A stretch of 62,953 nt of DNA, filler included, from Octopus bimaculoides (Eukaryota), in NCBI RefSeq assembly GCF_001194135.2. It is 6 parts of 6 records of this genome, joined end to end, with 100 filler letters (N's around TTAATTAATTAA, not from the genome) between each part and the next. Parts side by side here need not be neighbours in the genome. Positions count along the whole stretch, not along the records: positions 1 to 10,406 come from NC_068986.1; positions 10,507 to 21,491 come from NC_068991.1; 4 more parts are not named here. One strand, written 5' to 3'. The position numbers and the translations under genes were made by a program. How positions within the stretch are numbered: the first letter of the stretch is position 1; the number at the start of each line of letters is the position of its first letter. Shown piece after piece: positions 1 through 11,695 of this stretch. The notes beneath the pieces are model-generated. The model was not told where the DNA came from and searched no databases. It was given only the letters and a program-made list of their open reading frames with translations.

Positions 1-12
1 GCTTATATATAT

Positions 13-78
<66 letters not shown>

Positions 79-641
79 GTCCATATGTACACATGTCCAT
101 ATGTACATACATGTACGAACATACAAGCAGATACACACAAGCATGAATTTATGCATATGTATACAAGCACGCTCATACATATAAGGATCAATACAGAATT
201 AGCAATCCAGGCGAAATTCGACATACGCTCTCTGTTGAGACAGATGCACCAGGCTAAGAAGTATATCCTATAGTCGATGTTGGAATCCATTTCATCCGAA
301 CTCAATATCTGTCACTAATCAATCTTTTAAGTCTGCGATCTACCTACAAAGTTATATTGTTACTTCTGTGTGTTAGACAAAATAATCACAGATGATAGAT
401 TTTATACATTTAATAAAAGCTGCGATATGTTTTGTATATATATTGGAGGGAATTAGTTCCACAGTTCAATCTTATTAATCCATTGATCCATGGACTAGCT
501 AGTGAAAATTTGGAGAACAAGCCATCCAATACATATCCGAAACATTTGTACGCCATGAGTAAATTTAGAAATATGTTATCTTTGTGTATGTATTTTCTAT
601 ATATACATATACATACACACATACGAACACACACACGCTTA

Positions 642-700
<59 letters not shown>

Positions 701-1546
701 ATGTATGTATGTATGTATTTATGTTTGCATGTGGAGAAGGGTTTTACTTAAATTCAAAACTATTAATTATACAAGAATCTTTATAACAGATTGATACGAA
801 CCTTTTAAGAAGGTTTGTGCTCAGTGCTAACGCCTTTTATAACTTTCAAAACACTCATTTTTCAGAAGAGATATAAATAGCTTAGAAGACACAATACAAA
901 AATTTCCTTCCAAAATAGTCCTGATAAAACTTTGGCTGTCTCAAGAATATATGTCTTTAGCTATTATGTTAGACTGTGGCATGTCTAAATTTGACCAAGT
1001 GAGTTGCTTTTTAATATTTAATTTTGCTTGCAATAGCCGGTTCTTTTGGTCGAACTAAGATATCTCCAGCTGTTTCAGATGATAAGATATCAAAAATTGT
1101 CAAAGTGTAGTAGGACGGAATGGTCAAACTATTTTTTCATTTTCTGAAAAAGCAACCTTTTGGACTTACGACACTTTTGCACAATAGCACCGATATATAT
1201 GGCCGTCTGTGTGTGTTCATTAAATTTTTACAAAGATAGGTGTAATGGTGTATTCGAACTGTCAACTTGCTAGCATTCGTCGGACCGTCTAACAAAGGTC
1301 ACTACGCTTTTTCATAGTCACTGCTACGCCTCATTCTGTACATTTTTGTAAACAAAGAAAATGCAAGAAAAAACAAACAAACAATTGTTGAATAGTGGAT
1401 ACGTCACGCTAAACTGCTTTAATATAATTTGACATAGAAACAAATGTTAATATATGAATGTCGGTATGTAAATATACAGAATTATTCTATTATATATCTC
1501 ACCTGTTTTCCCATTATCATCTTTGCTTATTTATACTTCTCTCTCA

Positions 1547-1581
<35 letters not shown>

Positions 1582-2913
1582 NNNNNNNNNNNNNNNNNNN
1601 NNNNNNNNNNNNNNNNNNNNNNNNNNNNNNNNNNNNNNNNNNNNNNNNNNNNNNNNNNNNNNNNNNNNNNNNNNNNNNNNNNNNNNNNNNNNNNNNNNNN
1701 NNNNNNNNNNNNNNNNNNNNNNNNNNNNNNNNNNNNNNNNNNNNNNNNNNNNNNNNNNNNNNNNNNNNNNNNNNNNNNNNNNNNNNNNNNNNNNNNNNNN
1801 NNNNNNNNNNNNNNNNNNNNNNNNNNNNNNNNNNNNNNNNNNNNNNNNNNNNNNNNNNNNNNNNNNNNNNNNNNNNNNNNNNNNNNNNNNNNNNNNNNNN
1901 NNNNNNNNNNNNNNNNNNNNNNNNNNNNNNNNNNNNNNNNNNNNNNNNNNNNNNNNNNNNNNNNNNNNNNNNNNNNNNNNNNNNNNNNNNNNNNNNNNNN
2001 NNNNNNATATGTATATATATATAGATATATAGATATATATATATATATACACTCACATGAAAGAAATTATTCTTCTGTTGTTATCTACGTTCCTTTCTCT
2101 GTCTTTAACACATGCACACACGCACGCCCACACGCACTCACGTTCACGCACACTCACACACAAACGCACACGTGCACACACAACAACCACCCCTACCATT
2201 ACCACACACACACACACACACACACAATCGTTTCTCTCCCCTACCACTCCAGTCGTGCCTCTTATTTCCTCCTTTGTGCCAGGGTCCCCCCGTAGTTGCA
2301 GTGTTAACGATTTTACAGGGGATAGAAGCAATGAAAAAACAAAAAATACAAATTATTGGCAACCTCAGTGTTTTAAGATTTCTCGCATGCTTCATTTAAA
2401 TTCTCATGCCGGTTTTGCATAATGTGTATAAGGCATCTAAACGATGCCAAGATTATTCTCTTGGCTCGTAATTGGCCAGCAACTCATTCGAATAAATAGC
2501 AATTACTTAGCATTCTATGCATGTGTATGTAAATGTGTGTAGGCATGTATGTTAACTAAGTATGTGTATTTATGTGTGTGTAGGTAGGTATGTAATATAC
2601 ACAGAGACGAACACGCATGCGTAGGTAGGCACAAATGCACTCACACATGTCTATCTATCTTGCTTGCTAGGTCCCTTTTTATAATAGAGATAGCTAGATA
2701 TATTAATGCACGCATATATTCATACTTAGAAACGTAGAGAGATAGATGAATGAATATATAGATAAGTAGATAGATCTATATATATATATATATATATATA
2801 TNNNNNNNNNNNNNNNNNNNNNNNNNNNNNNNNNNNNNNNNNNNNNNNNNNNNNNNNNNNNNNNNNNNNNNNNNNNNNNNNNNNNNNNNNNNNNNNNNNN
2901 NNNNNNNNNNNNN

Positions 2914-2948
<35 letters not shown>

Positions 2949-2967
2949 AAGAGACAGGCAGAAATTA

Positions 2968-3013
<46 letters not shown>

Positions 3014-3916
3014 GGGTGGATGGATGGATGGATGGATGGATGGATGGATAGATAGATAGATAGATTCAAGCATTCATTCATTGAGTGAGTGGAAGAATGA
3101 TCTATTGACGAATTAAAAATTACTGCAGTCGTCTTGGACATGTTAAAAAATGGCAACCAAATCTGCCTCACATCACACTCTGATTGCTACATGTGTATTA
3201 TATATTAAAGGAACATTACCTCAAAATTGGTAAATTGATGACCGGAATTCCTTTGAATATAGACAGACTCAATAATTTTCAAGCTTGAGCTTGAACAACA
3301 AAGACATCTTTACGAGTCTAGATCTACCAGCTTCCTACCAATTATTGAACTGTACACTTTGCTAATTTGTTGGTATGATATATGAGGCAAGCACCATTTT
3401 TGTTGCCTTAGGTCGATGAGTGAAATAGGGTTCGTGGAAACAGGATAGAGACCGATCGCCTGGATTGTATGTGAAATATTAGAAATATAGCCTTGCCACA
3501 TACCGTAACACGCGGTTTCTGCTTCTTATGCCTATATGCTTCTGTGGAATTATCACCTATTTACACCTTAGTTCATGAGAAGGTTATTCAGATAACCGAA
3601 GAGCAGGCAATACAAGCACACACATAAAATAGGTAAGTATGAAACGCAGAAATCACATCCAACCGGAAGGTAACAGTCATAGAGTAGAATTTATTATATA
3701 CACGCCAGAAATAAAAACCATTTCTCAATGTGAAACAGCAAATTGACAATCCACTTACTTATGGCGAAAAATGTAATGACTAAATTTTATAATAATATAA
3801 AACAGGCATATGGCGTAGTGGTTAAGAGCACTGGCTACTAACCCCAGGATTCCAAGTTCGATTCAAAGTCAGTGACCTGAGTAAAAGTAATAATAATAAT
3901 AATAATAATGATAATC

Positions 3917-4231
3917 AAAGCCCCTTCAGTCATGAATGACCATGGAATTCCACCCACAAAGTTACCCTCCGAGGCACAAGTCCTGGCAAGGTTTGTTTAT
4001 GGAAGACCAGCAGTCGTTCATGCATACTAGGCTCCCCTTTAAACGCTACCGATGTTATCCAAGGGAAAGTCTAAGGCCGATACAACTTGGAACCAGTGAA
4101 GTCATAACTCATTTCTACAGCTGAGTGAACTGAAGCAACGTAAAAAGAAGTGTCTTGCTTAAGAACATAACATGCAGTTCGGTCCGGGAATGGAACTCCC
4201 AACCTCACGAACGTAAGCTCGACGCGCTAAT
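3917..4231 (-). mobile_element. SINE (family C) nested in the (AAT)n linker of the family-H SINE
   Basis: Splits the host element. On the minus strand it starts with a tRNA-like segment (GAGTTCCATTCCCGGACC B-box-like) and shares the AGTGAACT.AA.CAACGT core with the family-D copy at 4488-4790. Confidence 0.7.
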
Positions 4232-4282
4232 CATCGGGAAAATATCTTACGAATGAGAACCCAGGTTCGAAATTCTCCCCAG

Positions 4283-4328
4283 GACATCTGATGAAAGCTA
4301 AAGTGTACAGCAGCAGAAACGTTGTATT
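4283..4328 (+). ncRNA. Degenerate hammerhead ribozyme motif
   Basis: GACAT-CTGATGA-A-AGCTAAAGTGTACAGCAGCA-GAAAC-GTT-GTATT. Core boxes intact; stems I and II partly disrupted relative to the other copies. Confidence 0.35.
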
Positions 4329-4487
4329 AAGAACAAAGATAAGGACAAATGTCCGGCAAATGTAAATAATGTAAATAATGTAAATGTAAATAATGTAAAT
4401 AATGCACAGAATTCCTAATCTCTGAAATATAGAACTGTATATAAAACGAAGTTGTAAACTGCGTGATACAGCTGACACTCTGCCGGT

Positions 4488-4790
4488 TAGAATGAAGAGG
4501 GTTCCAGTTGATCCGATCAACGGAACAGTTTGGTCGTGAAATGAACGTGCAAGTAGCTGGGCTCCTGAGAGACACGTGTGCCCTTGATGTAGGCCTAGGG
4601 AGAGTCAGCGTGACACAGAATGTGACAAGGCTGTCCCCTTCAAATACAGGTACTACCCACTTTTGCAACTTAAGTGAACTAAAACAACGTGAAATTTGTT
4701 GTTGAAGGACGCAGTGCGGTGTTGGGACTCGAACCCGCGACTTTGCGATCGTGAGCCTAATACCCTAGTCAACAAGCCATGCGCCTTCGT
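4488..4790 (-). mobile_element. tRNA-derived SINE (family D)
   Basis: Homologous to 19891-20269 (+) and 62364-62743 (-): shared GTTCCAGTTGATCCGATCAACGGAACAG and GACACGTG..CCCTT..GTAG blocks; B-box GGGTTCGAGTCCC on the minus strand. Confidence 0.8.
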
Positions 4791-6544
4791 AGCGTGACAA
4801 AAAATGTTACAGCAGAGACGACTTTTGTTACAAGCATTTTTCAGAAAGGAACATCTACAGCCCATCATAACACAGAACACAAAGCCAAACCAGATACAAT
4901 ATGTTCGTTGATATGACCACCATTACATATAGAAATTATTTATAAAGAGTTTCAAGAATTTTAATTAAATAACTTTTATTAACAGCAAAAAGAATTCCAA
5001 AAACCAGTAAATTAAGTAAGGCACTCGTGAAATACCCTACGAAAGGTTACACTCGATATTCATTGAAATATTCTTTCTACTGTAGGCTGTGGGGAGGAGC
5101 GAGTCGGATACATCGACTCCAGTACAATGGTGTTTATTTTATCAAACTCTAAAAGATAAACGGTAAGGTCGACATCAGGAGAATTTGAACTCAGCACATG
5201 AAGACGGACGTAATGCTGCTCAGCAGTTTTCCCGGTATGCTAATGATGTTACCAGCTCGCTGCCTTCTGAATGTTTATCATGTGTTAGCGGTTACTTTAA
5301 AGGATTTTAACGATGATTCTGTAAAATACAAGTTTTCCTACATTCTCTTGATTAAGAAATTGAAAATCACTTCCTTCAGCAAGTGCTGTCAATCAAAAGT
5401 GTTACATTATGGGTTCTAAAAGCTGTTATGGGTCACCAGGAGAGACTACGCAACATCTCAAGACCTTCTGCACGTAAGCTTTATAGCGCATCACTCGCAC
5501 CTTAATTATATGAATGCACAGGTAACTGGATCGACTGACTGGTATTTTATATTCTGTCCTTGATTCTGGATCGCTAGAACCATGCGAATTGAGAAGTCCT
5601 GCAGATACCTAGCTCATGCCTATACACCACTTTTCTAACCAGGTTTAGACGTCGCTTTTCAGCCATATCTATTGACTAGCCCACTTAACTGTTGACCATA
5701 TTTCTTTTGAGATGGCTTTTGTTTGACGATGATACACGCTGATTGATATCACCCACCTAGGCGCGTCAAGGCCAAAACGAAGAAAAAAATGCTATGTTCA
5801 CCATTTTTTTTACAACGTGACGCCGAAAAGTTCTCGAAACTTTAACTGATTTTGGAACATTCATATATTGAGTATAATGTTTAAATGATATCTGCTAAAA
5901 ACGTTCAAGTACCTGTGTACGATATTCTTAGAGCGACGTATCACAACTGCTATGTTCCATAGATCTAAATGTATATAATACAAAACACACATACCTGCAA
6001 GAAATGTATGTTGTTTTCTTTCTCTTCTTTTTCCTTTTACTAAAATTTCATAGTATGTAGGTCAGGTTGCTACATTGTAAAACTTTCCTTTGTGTTTTGT
6101 TCCGTTCGTTAAGAAATAATGTTTGAAACTTAAACGATTAATATATTTCAAGTACACACCTGAGAAAACTTCCAAATACAATGGCGTGAACATTAAACAT
6201 GGTTTTATATATATTCGCTTGTAAGAATGTCCGTTGGGACGGAGACTTAAATACATACCGTACCTCAGGAATAAATAGGCAAATTTTCAATTGTTCATTA
6301 ACGTCTTATGTTCAGAATTTAATCTTATAAAATCTTTGAAAGAACGCACAAATTTGGAATCTTTTCTTATTCAAATAATTGTTATTCATAGAATTGTAGC
6401 TTCGTTTAAGAATTAATGTAGGCATGTACGTTTGCCTATAAATATATGCGTATTTATTACATTTGTAAGTATGCACTATAAGTTTAATTGTATTTCAGTA
6501 TAAATGTATTATGTAAATATGTGCATATGTATTATATAAATATC

Positions 6545-6593
<49 letters not shown>

Positions 6594-6896
6594 TGGCAAA
6601 TGTATACACATTATGAATGTTTGCAAATATATTGAATATGTGTATCGCTATGTGTACATTTATACACACGCGTTTGCGCACAGGCAAGCACACACACGCA
6701 CACAGACACACACATGTATGTATATGTATTATCCTATTATTTATGAATATATTTGTACACGTAACTGTGCAATATTTCTGAATGCATGTCTAATTTTTAC
6801 CTTTTCTTCAATATTGTTTATTCGTATGTATACCTGTACATTGTACTTGCATACATTTATGTATATATATATATATATATACATACATACACACAC

Positions 6897-6938
<42 letters not shown>

Positions 6939-7542
6939 NNNNNNNNNNNNNNNNNNNNNNNNNNNNNNNNNNNNNNNNNNNNNNNNNNNNNNNNNNNNNN
7001 NNNNNNNNNNNNNNNNNNNNNNNNNNNNNNNNNNNNNNNNNNNNNNNNNNNNNNNNNNNTGTATATATATATATATATATATAGCTACCTAGCTAAATAT
7101 GCTTAGGTATGTAAGCATATGAACGTGTGTGCTGCTTGTGTGTGTGCTGCTTGTGTGTGTGTGTGTGTGCCTGTGCGTGTATGCGTGTGCGCGTGTGTAT
7201 GTATGTGTGAATGTGTGTATATGCATGTATACGCATTCATATTCATTGGCATGTAGAAATATAATAGCTATATTTCATATAACGTATTTTTCAGACAACA
7301 AAGAAATGCTGGTAGTTTTGTTGCCAAGTTCTGTTGCCAAGTAACACCAACACAGTTTTTAGATTGTCCACATTGCATAAGTAAATAAAAGCAATAAAAT
7401 ACATGTTTACATGCACACAGACATGTGTGCATGTGTGTATGTATGTGTGCGTGCGTGTATGTTTGAGTGGGTGTGTGCATTTTTGTTTGCGATATATTTT
7501 TATATTTTTTTGTCCTGTTCGCAGAATTCAAACCGGTTACAA

Positions 7543-8131
7543 GGCGGCGAACTGGCAGAAACGTTAGCTCGCCGGCTAAATGCTTAGCGGTATTTCATCT
7601 GCCGCTACGTTCGAGTTCAAATTCTGCCGAGGTCGACTTTGCCTTTCATCCTTTCAGGGTTGATAAATTACGTACGAATTACGCACTGGGGTCGATGTAA
7701 TCGACTTAATCCCTTCGTCCTTGTTTGTCCCCTCTATGTTTAGCCGCTTGTGGGCAATAAAGAAATACGAAACGTTAGCACGCCGGGCGAAATGCTTAGC
7801 GGTATTTCGTCTGTCTTTACCTCCTGAGTTCAAATTCCGCCGCGATGGACGTTGCCTTTCATCCTTTCGGGGTCGATAAATTAAGTACCAGTTACGCACT
7901 GGGGTCGATATAGTCGACTTAATGTCTTTGTCTGTCCTTGTTTGTCCCCTCAATGTATAGCCCGTTGTGAGCAGTAGACAAATAAGAAACGTTAGCACGC
8001 CGGGCGAATGCTTAGTGGTATTTCGTCTGTCTTTACGTTCTGAGTTTAAATTCGGCCGAGGTCGACTTTGCCTTTCATCCTTTCGGAGTCTATAAATCAA
8101 GTACCAGTTACGTACTGGGCTTGATCTAATC
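7543..8131 (+). mobile_element. Head-to-tail trimer of SINE family A
   Basis: GAAACGTTAGC unit starts at 7558, 7769 and 7986. Each unit has GAGTTCAAATTC (B-box-like) and GCCTTTCATCCTTTCGGGGTCGATAAATT.AGTACCAG. The third unit is 3'-truncated. Confidence 0.9.
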
Positions 8132-8900
8132 AAAATGTCAGGCCTTCTTCCTAGCGTAGAAAAAATTCATACCGGTCACTAACAGAGTAGTAATCATTTC
8201 TGTTTCCGTCTGGCTACCTCCTGGGCCTCTGGACTGGTAGACGTGTTCATATATGTGTGCGTGTTGTATATTTCGTGTAAATAAACGCACTTTTGTTGGC
8301 TTGGGTATCACAATAGAACACGTTTTTAATTCACCAGTGTTCATATTTGTATGTACGTATGTGCTCTATGTCTACATGTGGTTGGACGATTAATCCAGGT
8401 ACTCCAAATTGAGAATCCCTGAAAAGTTTCACAAAATGATACAGCACTTTTGATAGGCTCACGCTGGAAAATTTGAATCAATTAGTTTTGTTCTGGCTTG
8501 GAGAACCGAAGCACTGCTAGAAGAGATATTCACATCCTCTCGGAAGCTAATCTCAATAACGACACTTAACTTCTAATCTCTGTCCCGTACAACCATATCT
8601 AGACTGTTTTAACTTAAACCGGGCATGGATTTCCTGATGGCTTGATTATATATACATCACGTCTATAAATTTAATGTTGGTCATACCGATAATGCATTCA
8701 CTAGTCTCTTACCATAAGCCTCGAGCCGACCAAATCCTTGTGAGTAGATTTAGTAGGCGGAAACTGAAACAGACCCGTCGTATATATATAATTACTTTAT
8801 CTATCTTATTTACATTTGACGGATAGTTGTTGTTGTTGTTGGTGGTGGTGGTGTAGTAGTAGTAGGAGTAGGAGTAGTAGTAGTAGTAGTAGTAGTAGTA

Positions 8901-9101
8901 TTTACATTATTTACATTACTTGCATTATTTACAATTGACGGATATTTGTCCTCATCTTGTTTATTGTTAACACAACGTTTCGGCTGATATGCCCGCCAGC
9001 CTTCATCAGGTGTCTTGGGGAAATTTCTAACCTGGATTCTCATTTCTAAGGTATTTTTCGAGATGTTGTTGTTTTTATTATTATCATCATCATCATCATC
9101 A

Positions 9102-9135
<34 letters not shown>

Positions 9136-9228
9136 CATTATCGTTCAAGTCACTACCTGGAATCGAACTCGGAAACTTGGGGTTAGTAGCCGACACTCTT
9201 AACCATTACGCCATATGCCCGTGGGCAT
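8901..9228 (-). mobile_element. tRNA-headed SINE with hammerhead-bearing tail (family H)
   Basis: Minus strand: ATGCCCACGGGCATATGGCGTAATGGTTAAGAGTGTCGGCTACTAACCCCAAGTTTCCGAGTTCGATTCC head, (AAT/GAT)n linker, hammerhead, (AATGTAAAT)-type tail. Confidence 0.9.
8969..9014 (-). ncRNA. Minimal type I hammerhead ribozyme (Penelope-type)
   Basis: Minus strand reads GACAC-CUGAUGA-A-GGCUG(gcgggcauau)CAGCC-GAAAC-GUU/GUGUU. This gives a 5-bp stem I, an intact core, a 5-bp stem II closed by G-C, a palindromic AACGUU stem III and a GUU cleavage triplet. Confidence 0.75.
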
Positions 9229-9393
9229 CTCAGGACGGCTACAATACCAGTGATTGTAGGCGCATTTGGAATGATCAGTAAAGCAGGTGAAAATTCTTTA
9301 AGAATGATCCTTGGCTTACCATCCAACCAAGAATTGCAAAAGATTGTATTAACTGATACGCCACCCGTATTGAGAAGAGCATTGTCGCTGTGA
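9226..9393 (+). pseudogene. 3'-terminal ORF fragment of an R4/Dong-like (RLE-endonuclease) non-LTR retrotransposon
   Basis: Translates HLRTATIPVIVGAFGMISKAGENSLRMILGLPSNQELQKIVLTDTPPVLRRALSL*. This matches the recalled C-terminal pattern (PVIVGALG...LQKxxLxGTxxILRR) of RLE-clade LINE ORFs. Confidence 0.75.
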
Positions 9394-9678
9394 ATTTTCT
9401 TTCCTTTTTTTTTACCCTTTATTCTCTTTGATTTCTTTATTCTGTTTATTTTTGTTTTTTCTTCATTTTTCTGTTTTTATTTTTTAAATTTTTAAAACTT
9501 TTTCCTTTGTTCTTTCTTTCTTTCTTCCCTTCTCCCTATCACTTCTATATGAGCAATGTATACAGTGAGTGTATTTGCGCTAGGTGTCTGGAAGACACTT
9601 GACAAGGAATGGAAACAAAATTCAAACACTAGTAGCAACGACAACAACAACAACAACAACAACAACAATAATAATAAT

Positions 9679-9717
<39 letters not shown>

Positions 9718-10016
9718 TTTGAAATAGGAAGAATTTGGAGCATGAGAACTGTAAATGTCGTGCCTATAATAATTTGTGCGTTGGGAACAGTAAGCCAAGA
9801 TATGGACAAATGGCTGATAGACAAATGGCTGAAGGAGGTCCAAATTGAGTGACCAGTGGAATTCCTACAGAAAGTTTGTTTCTTAGGGAGAGTAATGATT
9901 ATCAGGAGTTTTGTAAGTATTTGAGATACGACTGAAAACTTGTGGAAATCTAAGGTTACAGGTATTAACCCGCTAACCAAATACTTCCTATCAGGAATAA
10001 GGCCGAAACTCAGTCA

Positions 10017-10017
<1 letters not shown>
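9718..10017 (+). mobile_element. 5'-truncated R4/Dong-like LINE end embedded in (AAT)n
   Basis: FEIGRIWSMRTVNVVPIIICALGTVSQDMDKWL..VQIE*PVEFLQKVCFLGRVMIIRSFVSI* (one in-frame stop), plus a short 3' UTR. (AAT)n arrays lie on both sides. Confidence 0.75.
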
Positions 10018-10082
<65 letters not shown>

Positions 10083-10356
10083 CCTTTCTAATATAGACAC
10101 AACACGGGAAAATTCGGGAGAGAACGCTTGTCGATTACCTCAACAACAGTATTCAACTGATCCTTACTTCATCGTATTCGCACGCTGGACAAAATACTTA
10201 ACGGCATTTTCTTCGTCTCTGTATGATTTGATTTCAAATTCAACCGTGGTCGATTCAGCTTTCCTGTCATGTAATGGAATCTATGCAATCGGGTTCCTCC
10301 CGACACACAAAAAAAATCACTGACCTTGAGCCAAGATTTGAAACCAATACTATTTC

Positions 10357-10406
<50 letters not shown>

Positions 10407-10450
10407 NNNNNNNNNNNNNNNNNNNNNNNNNNNNNNNNNNNNNNNNNNNN

Positions 10451-10462
10451 TTAATTAATTAA
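10451..10462. other. Artificial scaffold linker TTAATTAATTAA (also 21536-47, 38011-22, 47389-400, 60165-76)
   Basis: Identical 12-mer with stops in all six frames, centred in 44 N + 44 N each time. Confidence 0.95.
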
Positions 10463-11661
10463 NNNNNNNNNNNNNNNNNNNNNNNNNNNNNNNNNNNNNN
10501 NNNNNNTATATATATATATATACATATATATATACACATATAAAACAAATTTAAGATTTATTAAAATATTAAAACCAGCACCCAACAGATTTGTTACATG
10601 TAGCAAAATGGAAGGAGAAGAAAAAAAATTCAAGTTATTTTAGAATTTAAACACTGGAATGTTAGGAAAGCAATATTTTAGCATATTAAATTTCTTCCCT
10701 AAAACCAGTTGAATAATAATAATAATAATAATAATAATTATAGTTATAATGATAATAATAATAATAAAGTGACAAGAATGTATACCCACCCAGCCCGTAT
10801 AAAATTGAAAAAAGCAAATTCCAAATGTATCACTAACCACATTCAATTTGTGAAAGAATATTAAAAAATAGACTGTAAATCAACAAGTGTCTTGGATTTT
10901 AGTGGACACATTCCAATATGATGTGACTAGCACCATAAACAAACAAAACTAAACTTCAAAAAGCTGCTGTGTTAACAACTGAAGCTATTTCACTTCAAAA
11001 ATCATACGTCCGACAACAAAACAACATGTAATAGCTCAGCTTTAACACACAAATATAGGAATATTTTTTTCTTTTTCTTTTTTTTCATTTATTTATTTAT
11101 TTATTTATTTCCAAATATGCATTTCATATGATAATATAAAAAGCAACTAGGTAGTTTGAAACGATCATAAAATAACAACAGAATGGTTCTCATCAAGAGA
11201 GAACTTGTTTTAGACTGGGAGAAAACATAATGAAAGAAATGGAATGTTTTAATTTTTTTTTTATTGTGGAAGGGAGAAAGAGTGAGAAGAAACTTCTTCT
11301 TCATTGATTATGGTATATTATTGGAGGAAATGTTATAGCATTTCACTTTGGTTTTCAGCTGTGAGTAAGCAAACCTTATTGACTTTGGTTCTAACTAATG
11401 CAACAGGTTAGACTTTTTAAGACAACATAAAAAAAGGAATAAATAAACTAGAAATAGAAAACAATTACAAATCAAATAAATATTTAGGCCATTGCTTATT
11501 GAGTAATAAGATTAAAATAATATTTGTTGGGCAAACCACTATTATGGTGGGAGAACAAAAAGAAGAGAAAAAACAATGAAGAGGATAATCTAGACAATAA
11601 AGTACACCTAGATTTTGGCTTACTTTAAAAGAATAATATGTGCTTTGAGTTATTCTAACTT

Positions 11662-11695
11662 AGAGAATGTTTCAGCCACTCTTGTCATCAGCTCT
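11662..11695 (-). ncRNA. Possible decayed hammerhead remnant
   Basis: Minus strand: AGAG-CTGATGA-CAAGAGTGGCT-GAAAC-ATT-CTCT. 4-bp stem I and core boxes present; stem II weak; GTT changed to ATT. Confidence 0.25.

Larger units (their letters stand above)
3804..4438 (+). mobile_element. tRNA-headed SINE with Penelope-like hammerhead-bearing tail (family H), interrupted by a nested SINE
   Basis: Head GGCATATGGCGTAGTGGTTAAGAGC...AAGTTCGATTC (A/B boxes), then an (AAT)n linker. Body resumes at ~4232 (GAAAATATCTTACGAATGAGAACCCAGG), followed by an (AATGTAAAT)n tail and the end AATATAGAACTGT. Flanked by the 9-bp direct repeat ATATAAAAC (3795-3803, 4439-4447). Homologous to the copies at 8901-9228 and 23855-24164. 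Confidence 0.85.

Noticed and set aside
730-1450. Segment that looks like an interspersed DNA-transposon remnant
   Set aside because: No TIR, TSD or second copy demonstrable within the window.
1444-2295. Long ORFs spanning N runs (also 29814-30774, 49099-49616, 61292-62422)
   Set aside because: Length comes from N codons and dinucleotide repeats.
7543-8131. Regularly spaced repeats that might suggest a CRISPR-like array
   Set aside because: Units are whole ~215-bp SINEs without unique spacers, in a eukaryotic genome.
9150-9228. tRNA-like sequences (also 3805-3880, 19891-19965, 24095-24164, ~60635-60652)
   Set aside because: SINE heads with A/B boxes but no complete cloverleaf acceptor stem; not tRNA genes.
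10451-10462. Perfect TTAATTAATTAA palindrome recurring five times
   Set aside because: Always centred in 44+44 N; an artificial scaffold linker, not biology.
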